The notes under the pieces are model-generated. The model had not been told where the DNA came from, searched no databases, and saw nothing but the letters and a program-made list of their open reading frames with translations. Below are positions 37,696-46,058 of a stretch of 46,058 nt of DNA, in pieces (the first letter of the stretch is position 1; each line of letters starts with the position of its first letter). Both the position numbers and the translations under genes were made by a program. The stretch spans positions 214,061 to 260,118 of the forward strand of contig NIVC01001322.1 of NCBI GenBank assembly GCA_002269645.1, in the 5' to 3' direction. The DNA is from Macrostomum lignano (lineage: Eukaryota).

Positions 37696-38738
37696 GCGGA
37701 GAGACAGATTCTCAAGGACTGAGGGAGAGTGGAGAGGCAGATTCTCGAGGACTAAGGGAGAGTGGAGAGGCAGATTCTCAAGGACTAAGGGAGAGTGGAG
37801 AGGCAGATTCTCAAGGACTAAGGGAGAGTGGAGAGGCAGATTCTCAAGGACTGAGGGAGATTGGAGAGGCAGATTCTCAAGGACTAAGGGAGAGTGGAGA
37901 GGCAGATTCTCAAGGACTGAAGGAGAGCCGCGAGGCAGATTCTCAAGGACTGAGGGAGAGCCGCGAGGCAGATTCTCAAGGACTGAGGGAGAGCCGCGAG
38001 GCAGATTCTCAAGGACTGAGGGAGAGCCGCGAGGCAGATTCTCAAGGACTGAGGGAGAGCCGCGAGGCAGATTCTCAAGGACTGAGGGAGAGCCGCGAGG
38101 CAGATTCTCAAGGACTGAGGGAGAGCCGCGAGGCAGATTCTCAAGGACTGAGGGGGAGCGGAGTGGCAGATTCTCAAGGACTGAAGGAGAGCCGCGAGGC
38201 AGATTCTCAAGGACTGAAGGAGAGACGCGAGGCAGATTCTCAAGGACTAAGGGAGAGTGGAGAGGCAGATTCTCAAGGACTGAGGGAGAGTGGAGAGGCA
38301 GATTCTCAAGGACTGAAGGAGAGCCGCGAGGCAGATTCTCAAGGACTGAGGGAGAGCCGCGAGGCAGATTCTCAAGGACTGAGGGAGAGCCGCGAGGCAG
38401 ATTCTCAAGGACTGAGGGAGAGCCGCGAGGCAGATTCTCAAGGACTGAGGGAGAGCCGCGAGGCAGATTCTTAAGGACTGAGGGGGAGCGGAGTGGCAGA
38501 TTCTCAAGGACTGAAGGAGAGCCGCGAGGCAGATTCTCAAGGACTGAAGGAGAGCCGCGAGGCAGATTCTCAAGGACTGAGGGAGAGCCGCGAGGCAGAT
38601 TCTCAAGGACTGAGGGAGAGCCGCGAGGCAGATTCTCAAGGACTGAGGGAGAGCCGCGAGGCAGATTCTCAAGGACTGAGAGAGAGCGGCGTGGCAGATT
38701 CTCAAGGACTGAGGAAGAGCGGAGAAGCAGATTCTCAA
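37696..38738. repeat. 33-bp minisatellite (GAGAGCCGCGAGGCAGATTCTCAAGGACTGAGG), ~31 copies
   Basis: Highly homogeneous tandem array; it yields the RGRFSRTEGEP ORF at 37685-38794. Confidence 0.96.
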
Positions 38739-39284
38739 CAGCAAATGAAAAGAAAAATGAAAATAATTGTGAGCTGTATACATGGACAGTTTAAAAGGAG
38801 CGCAGATTGCTAGTGAGCTTTATCGAAAAAAACCATAGGTTTCCATACTATTTCTACTTTGCATAGTATAAATATAAAATAACAACAGAATCGAGTGAGC
38901 CACTGAAACCCTGACTTTTGGTAAATCCAATGAAATCCGCTGTTTTCGATTCTCTTTGCTTCAGTTGGATCCTATATCAGCTATACACCATCCAACGGAT
39001 TTATCAGGATTGGGATTTTTCAAATCGGGAAGAGACCGAGCAAGCAAGTTTCAAAGTATTGCAAGTACTTTATTGGGTCAGAATTAACAAAAAAATTCCG
39101 AATGAAATTTCAAATACTAGCGTAGAAGCAATAGCAATAGGTTCCTACAACTATCCAGCTATATAATATCTAGTTTTCGAGTCCACGCCCTAGTAAACAA
39201 ACTATCCTCACGTCAGCTTCGAGCTAATTTTGTACACCAGATGTCCTTAGCAAACGACGCATTGGCTGAACTAATTGAAGAAGT

Positions 39285-40660
39285 TCAGGCGTAAATCAGT
39301 TTCTCTTCAACAACCTCAGGTCTGACCCTGCGCTGCACAGCCTGCCTGTAGACGGTGTTGAAGTTGGTGACGATCACGGGCACTGGCAGCGCTATGGTCA
39401 TGACGCCGGCTACTACGCAAATTGCGCCAACAAGTTTGCCGCTGAGGCTACGCGGCACATAGTCTCCGTATCCAACTGTGCACATGCTGATCACAGCCCA
39501 CCAGAATGAGTCCGGGATGCTACTGAACTGAAGCCGGTCATTGTCAGACTCCGTATAGTAGATCGCCGTGGAGAAGAGCACAACGCAGATGCACAAGAAG
39601 AACACAAACATAGTCATCTCGCGAAGCTCATTCGCAAAGTTCGCCCAAGTATCTGCATCCCGGCAACGTACTTGTGAAACTTGAACACTCGAAGTACACG
39701 AAGGAAGCCGAACGCTTTCAGCAGGTAAGAGCGACGCGAGCAGACCTGCTGGTCTAGACAGCCGTCGGCTATGAAAACGGCTGACACGACAAACGGAAGG
39801 ATGCTGACCACGTCTAGCCAGTTAGTCAGGGAGTACAGCAGAGCCCTGCGAGGGTACGGGTAGGTCAGCATTCGAATTATGAACTCCAATGTAAACCAGG
39901 AAACGCAAAGAGCTTCTAGAATAAAAATCCAGCTAAGCTGGTGCTGCGGAGAGACCAAAGAATGCTTCGCACGCGACGGCGCAGCTGTGGGGCTTGGCCG
40001 ATACAAATACTCGACGCCGCCCTGAGAGCATCTCTCCGTGTCTAAGGCTTCCTCAGGCACTGTTTCAATGCAGAATAGCACAATACTCAGCACTATGACC
40101 AATACGCTAAACGCCGACACCGCTCGAGCCGTATTCGAAGACTCCGGATGCTCAAACGTGGCGTACAAGCGAGCGCGTAAGCTTTGCCCGGCGACTCGCT
40201 TAACAATTCGCCTGGCGTAGCCTTCGGATAGTAGAAAGTCGCGAATAATATCCCGGTTGAACTGGAAGAATCGCAACTCGTCGTAGAAGATCTCCTCGGG
40301 CACCTCCTGCGGACGGCGGAGGCGCCCACCGGATTGGTAGAAGTTGAGTATGGCCGGGAAAGAGGGTCTGTGCCGATCAAAGAAGTACTCGCATCGATCG
40401 GGGTCCCAGTGCGCCAGTCGTTTAGTCTCGTCTCCTAGGAGAGTGTCTGGATAGCGGTCCAGCGTTTTTAGCTGGGTCTCGAACAGCTCCCCAGAAACGT
40501 TGATCAGCACGCGCTGGCAGCGTTCTTGCTGGCAGCTGTGCTCTTGCCTCGGATGCTGCTGCAGCGCGGGCAGGTCGGGCAGATTTGCTGCATGGTTTCG
40601 ATGGTCTGCTCTGGCCCGATGCTCTTCATGATGATCGTAGCTTCGCAGGAATGAATGCAT
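39285..40660 (-). CDS. Intronless Shaker/Kv1-like voltage-gated K+ channel with a 1-bp frameshift (pseudogene or assembly error)
   Basis: T1 domain [28 protein letters not shown]...[24 protein letters not shown]; S1-S4; pore [16 protein letters not shown]; S6 [13 protein letters not shown]. The frame breaks at about 39620-39627, where adding one base restores SLREMTMF (458 aa). Confidence 0.92.
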
Positions 40661-41469
40661 CTTGACTCGAGGACCGGAAGCTTCTATTCAGGTACGGTGA
40701 ACGGCAAGCTAGAGTCTGGTTTCGTTTGGCTAGTAGAAGAGGTCTGAATGAAACTTATATATTGCAGCTCTACTGAGATCTCAATAAGCTGCTCACACAT
40801 GAACTCCTATTGGCCAAAGTTGATTTACGTTGATGTAACTTAGATTATTCGTAGACCAATTGTAATGGATTTTGAACGAGATTTTGACTACAAATAAATT
40901 CTCCTCAGAATGCGAGTTTTACGTCCTGATAACAATTCAACATCTAGTAAAGTCCTTGCGCGGCAATGGATTAAAGTAATAAATTAGTGAGACACATCTG
41001 CCGATAAAAGGATCAATGAAAATATGCCTGAACACGTTTGCGCGGCGTCGTTAAGGTCAAAACAGACTGCATGGCGCATGCATAAGTAACTCAATACGCG
41101 CCCAGATGTGAGCTTGTTAATGCGTCATAAAATCCGGCCAGGTGTCGATTTGATTGAACGATATCCAACCATCGTGTGTGAAGCTATAATTTCTATTCCA
41201 CCGTGAATTTTTGCTCGTGCCACCGCTTACATGCATAGTCGAGCGATTTTTTGCTAGAAATAAATTATTTTTCCCTCAGTTACTTGAAAGAGGATTGTTT
41301 CATTTGTGACTACTAGGTAACCGGGTAGATATTTGACTACGAAATCTATTATTTTAATATCTTCAGATTAAAAAAACTAAAGGGCACCAGACAAGCCTTC
41401 TGCGACCGAGAGCAGACAGGAGCTGACAAACTTGTTATTACAATTAAAATGTTCTCTACATTGACAAGC

Positions 41470-41649
41470 ACACTATATCTAACATCTGAACACACCCAAC
41501 ACCATATCTAACGTCTGAACTCACCCAACACCATATCTGACATCTGAACACACCCAACACCATATCTAACATCTGAACACACCCAACACCATATCTAACA
41601 TCTGAACACACCAAACACCATATCTTAGATTTGAACACACCCAACACCA
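41470..41649. repeat. 29-bp minisatellite (CACCATATCTAACATCTGAACACACCCAA), ~6 copies
   Basis: Tandem copies ending directly at the LTR start. Confidence 0.92.
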
Positions 41650-41926
41650 TGTTCTGGAGGTTCAGTTTTTTGTTATATTTTTGGGGTTTTACTTATTTAA
41701 CTGTAGATGTATTTTTTCTTTATTTAATGTAAATGAGCCAACCCCCTCTCTCTGTTAACCCCACCAAATTTTAAATAATAATTAAAAGGTGCGATTTTCT
41801 GGTAAGTTTGGTAAGTTTTTTTGTGTCTGCGCGAGACCGGCAGAAGTGCTGAAGGCAAGAAAAATACTTTTAAGAATCCGACTTTTTTCCTTATTCTTTT
41901 GTTCTGAACAGTCATCCGCTTTAACA
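41650..41926 (+). repeat. Putative 5' LTR (277 bp)
   Basis: Starts TGTT and ends AACA, 2 nt upstream of the PBS. The 5' boundary is less certain because there is no second LTR to compare. Confidence 0.65.
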
Positions 41927-41928
41927 AC

Positions 41929-41946
41929 TGGTAGCAGAGCGTGGTT
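41929..41946 (+). promoter_or_regulatory. Primer-binding site complementary to initiator tRNA-Met
   Basis: TGGTAGCAGAGCGTGGTT is complementary to a 3' end of the form ..AACCACGCTCTGCTACCA, typical of animal tRNA-iMet. Confidence 0.8.
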
Positions 41947-43780
41947 CAAAAATGCAAAAGGACGGTGAGGACACCGAGTCGAACTACCCGCCGGCCGACG
42001 AGGAAGAACGCAAGCTGATTGACGCGAAGGCCGCAAAGATAAGGGCCAAGGCCGCATTCACCAATGGAAGAAACCGCCTGGTGCAACAACTCGCTGCTGG
42101 TGGTCAAGACGGCGCCGAAGTACAACAGCAAGCGAATTTCTTGGAAAAGCTGTTCGAGGCTGTGACCACTGAGCTGGAGAAGCTGCTGGAGCTTCGCCGG
42201 AGACGACCTGCCACTGCGTCGCCAAACGATCAAGGAGCTGGAGAATGCTGAAAAGGACTACGGTGAGACTGTGGGTCTGATGACCGAGTTCTGGAAAGAT
42301 CGTAGCAGAAGCAAAGCAGCTGAGAGGGAGGAGCAGGATCGCTTGGCGGAGTTTGAAGAACAGCAGAGGCGTGAGGAAGAGCAGCGAAAAGTGCAAGCCG
42401 CGGAGCTCAGAGCGCTGGAGTTGGAAGAAGTGCAGAGAGAGCTAGAGAGAGACTATCAACAACGGCATGAGCAGTTGGCAGAGGAGCTGAGGCGATTGAA
42501 AATTGTTACTGGCAGCACTAAGGCAGAGAGCCCGTGTGAAAGGCCTAGCCCAGGTTCAGGTTTGGCTGAACAGTCGATTGGGGCTGAGGTGGGTGTAAGC
42601 GCTGCGCCAGACAGGAGTGGAAGAGCTGATTGGACTGCCCACGAAGGGGGGGGGTGAGGCGAGCGATCGATAAAATCAAACTCTGCACCCAGGCCAGCCA
42701 CCTCACAGTCAGCCAGTGTACAGTGGCAACTAAGAGAGCCAATCGTTCAGCAGGAGTGTACATTGAGGCTGAGAGAAGAAGCGAGAGGCAGGTCAGTCAG
42801 GACATGTGGTGGCAATTGCAGCGGGTGGTGATTCCCAGTTTCTCAGGTGATAAGCGTCAGTACGAGGGGTGGAAGGCGGCCTTTTACGCGTGTGTAGATG
42901 CTGCACCCTCCTCTCGAGTGTACAAGCTATTGCAACTGAGGCAGTGTCTGCAGGGCGATGCGCTGAAGCTAATAGCCAACTTAGGGCATTCTGAATTTGC
43001 GTACAAGGCGGCTCTGGATAGGTTGGAGAGAGAATATGGAGGAGAGCGGCGCCGTCTGGTGCTAGTGTTGGAGGATCTGGACCGTTTTCGGCCCATTTTG
43101 ACGGAGAGCGCGCCTCAGTTGAAGAAGCTGGATGATCTGGTGGATGTAGCGGTTATCAACCTGATGGAGGCGGGTCGTGAAGCTAAACTAGACAGCAATG
43201 GATTGCTTTATCTTCGCGATGCAAAAGAAATTGCCGACGGACACCCTGGCACGGTATCACCGATGGGTCGGGGAGAATGGCAGAAATGACACGCTCAGCG
43301 CTCTTCATCAATGGCTGCTGCGGGAGGCTGAGTATCAGACGGTTGCTATGGAGGTAGTGGATGGAGTTGCGGCACAGAATGGGCCAGGAGCAGGGAAGAT
43401 AGAGCAGAGTAAGAAATTCAGCGGGATGCAGCGCACGGAGACAGCTCGATCGCATTTTGGCGCGGTCGAGGAGTCAACGGGAGGATCCATAGTCGGGGCG
43501 GCTGTCGTTGCCGGCTGCGGGCCGCTGGGTTCGACGTGCGAATGCCCCGCTGCAGGGGCCGCTTCAGCAGAGGCTGTGGTGTGGTGTTGTGCCGGCGTAC
43601 ACTTGCACTGCTGAGCGATCCATTCAGCCCTCAGTGCGGGTGCACCCGACATTGCACTTTTCCTCACATGCCCGCCACCCTGCTTTGTCTGAAGGTTAAG
43701 AAGTTTACTTAGTTGCTAAAGATAAGGAAATTTACGCGCATCACCCACCCCCTTTCTGTGTGATTGTCTGAGCTGCCTGA

Positions 43781-44076
43781 GCTACTGGTGGAAATGACGG
43801 GATGCTCAAGCCATGGGAGAAGTGTGTTGCTACGGGTGGAAATGACGGGATGCTCAAGCCATGGGAGAAGTGTGTTGCTACTGGTGGAAATGACGGGATG
43901 CTCAAGCCATGGGAGAAGTGTGTTGCTACGGGTGGAGATGACGGGATGCTCAAGCCATGGGAGAAGTGTGTTGCTACGGGTGGAGATGACGGGATGCTCA
44001 AGCCATGGGAGAAGTGTGTTGCTACTGGTGGAGATGACGGGATGCTCAAGCCATGGGAGAAGTGTGTTGCTACGGG
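43781..44076. repeat. 48-bp minisatellite, 6 copies (MLKPWEKCVATGGNDG on +; VATHFSHGLSIPSSPP on -)
   Basis: 43781 to 44069 is exactly 6 x 48 bp. Confidence 0.95.
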
Positions 44077-44567
44077 TTCCGGAGTTAGTGAGTTAGCCCA
44101 CGGCAGCAAGCACCCAGCCGCGCCAACCCCTGTTTCCGGCACAGACACAACTGAAAGTGAACCAGAGACCCATTCGGGTGAGACTGTGTTGAGAAGGCTG
44201 CCTCGAAGGCTAATGATTATACTATCAGTGCGAGGCGATTGCAGACGATGATTATTCAAGTATGATTTTTAAATGAAATGACCAAAATATACAATATTGA
44301 AGTTAGCTATATTCAGAAAGAAAAAAAATTACTGCTTCAAAATGCAAAAAAAGTTTTGTTTGTAGCAGTTTCTGATTCTGCTCGTTCTCATTTTTTTACT
44401 TTCAAAACTTTCAGGGCAGCCCTCGTATGAGAGAATGATAAAGCTACTTACTAGCTTAAATATATGAAATTATTATGTACAAACTTACTAGGTATAAGAG
44501 CGTGTGTACTTTTAAAGCTAATCTGGGGAAATTATTAACAATTTTTTTAAATAAAGCCGATTTACAG

Positions 44568-44813
44568 CACTTCCATGACTCCTACATTCCTGATTCTGCG
44601 CCGGCGCCGCCAGATGCTGCTGGGCCACTGCCTACGGACCCTTTGGCCCTGGCCATGCTGCTCCGGCCGACCGAGCAACAAGCCCGCACTGCCTCGGACT
44701 GCCTCATCGCTGACTTGCAGGCGCTTGAGCTGACCCCTCAGGCTGCTGTTGCCTGCCCCTCCCGCCTGTTCTGCGAGCGCGTGCGCGCAAGGGGCCTCCG
44801 CTTTGCGTCTTAG
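44568..44813 (+). other. Unassigned GC-rich candidate terminal exon (HFHDSYIPDSAP...GLRFAS*)
   Basis: TTTACAG acceptor, open frame to a stop, and a GC-rich island in AT-rich flanks. No partner exon was found. Confidence 0.35.
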
Positions 44814-45141
44814 TATATAAATGATTCCTACAGAAGTTTTGTCTCTGTACATCAGTCGGGTGATTTGAAGGTTTATTTGATTACTAAGTGCCTTTAACTC
44901 TTCTTTTTCATAAAAGAATTCATATTTTCTCGGACCTAATGGTGTCAAGACACTTGTATAATTTGAAGAAATGACAAGTCAGAAGTAATTTTATTCATTT
45001 TTATGCAGATCTTTTTTTTTCTTTAACGTTGGTTATGGCGTTTCAACTTTTTAGTTTATTTATCAATTATTGGAATTACATTTTTAGCATTTTCAGTCAA
45101 GTTGAGTTTAGCCAGTCGTGATCCAGCCAGTTTAGTTCGAT

Positions 45142-45813
45142 TTAGTTCGCTACAGCAACTAAATCGAATATTTCCATTTGCCCAGGGCCACCGCAAGTTT
45201 CTCCATAATGGAAGTTTTTGCATTGCATTCTACAAAATCCTTTATTCGAAGGCAAAGCGGTTCCTCCATTTATTTGATTGCCGCAGAAGCATCGGTCGCC
45301 CCACGCTAGTCCAAAAAATGAGTATATCCCCTTTGCCATGCACTCAGAAGCACACACTTGTTGGCTCAAGAATTCGAAGTTCGTATTTACTTCTATGCTT
45401 AGCAACTTGTGTCCGTAAGCAAAAACATAGCATCCTTTGACGTCGCTGAAAGAACAACAAAAGTGTGACTCGGTGTATTTTTAGGCAGCTAATTTGCATG
45501 TTTCGTAGAAAAGGATATCACTTACCCGGCACTAACGAACCATAGCATGGAACATGGTAGACACTCATACTAGATTTGCCACCACAAGTTTCTCTTTTGT
45601 TTCCCGGCCACCGGCTATGGCACTCATCATCAGACATAGAATTGATTTTAGAACATGCCACAGAACATTGGTTACTTTGTATCCAAAATATTTCATTCTA
45701 ACTACTTTGGCATTCAAACACGCAGACAGAACTTCCATTTTGGAGTCATTTTTGAAAAAATAAGTAAGCATTGGTGCCTTGGTGTGAAAAATAACAACCC
45801 TTGTACTTGATTT
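45142..45813 (-). pseudogene. Two tandem WSC-domain exons; upstream one frameshifted, downstream one intact
   Basis: 45445-45142: DVKGCY...VCASECMAKGIYSFFGLAWGDRCFCGN...CRMQCKNFHYGETCGG. 45813-45526: IKYKGCYF...YFG...DDECHSRWPGNKRETCGG, spread over different frames with a stop. Confidence 0.75.
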
Positions 45814-46058
45814 CTGAAAATTGGTTGTAACAAATTCAATTATTATTGATAGGAAATGTACGCCCAGTGCGTCTCCCAATTAATTACTTTTCAAATTCAG
45901 ATACACTTTGAGTGGTAGGACGAAGCTCGGAACTCGGCTAATGGGGGGGCGCGAAGTGTGCTAAATTCAGCAACGCCTAGATCACGAGTGCGCGTTAAGC
46001 CAGCGAGTCGAGTCAAAATGTCACCTAGCTGGTATAACGGACCAAATTAAGATGCATT

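Larger units (their letters stand above)
41650..43680 (+). mobile_element. Truncated BEL/Pao LTR retrotransposon (5' LTR, PBS, disrupted gag)
   Basis: DUF1759-like IPSFSGDKRQYEGWKAAF...KLLQLRQCLQGDALKLIANL...YKAALDRLEREYG. Gag is split over several frames (41952, 42271, 42630, 43198). A degenerate Cys/His knuckle-like segment lies near 43590-43670. No pol or 3' LTR was seen. Confidence 0.87.

Noticed and set aside
43690-43710. Possible 3' LTR start (TGTCTGAAGGTTAAG)
   Set aside because: Similarity to the 5' LTR does not extend beyond about 15 bp.

Overview
This is eukaryotic (metazoan invertebrate) genomic DNA: GC-rich exons, AT-rich GT-AG introns and very dense tandem repeats. The style is compatible with a free-living flatworm, but that is inference only. 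Most long ORFs in the supplied track are either exon fragments or artefacts of repeats. Reading splice sites by hand gives: (1) a complete 14-exon GABA-B-like class C GPCR (+, 1438-11177, 748 aa) whose intron 3 holds a Crypton-like tyrosine-recombinase element with elaborate palindromic ends and a mariner remnant; (2) a 6-exon VWA + DUF4537-like gene (-, 12406-18167, 891 aa); (3) a disrupted multi-exon gene with a possible DUF4806/BEN-like C-terminus (-, 20198-22100); (4) a giant ~3465-aa low-complexity protein gene with an 8.4-kb exon and coding 30-bp repeats (+, 24303-35737); (5) a non-autonomous hAT element carrying a 21-bp satellite; (6) an intronless Shaker/Kv1-like channel with a 1-bp frameshift and a Gly at the second S4 charge position (-, 39285-40660); (7) a truncated BEL/Pao LTR element (LTR, tRNA-iMet PBS, gag); (8) tandem WSC-domain exons, partly degenerate. 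Domain names come from motif recognition, not database searches.
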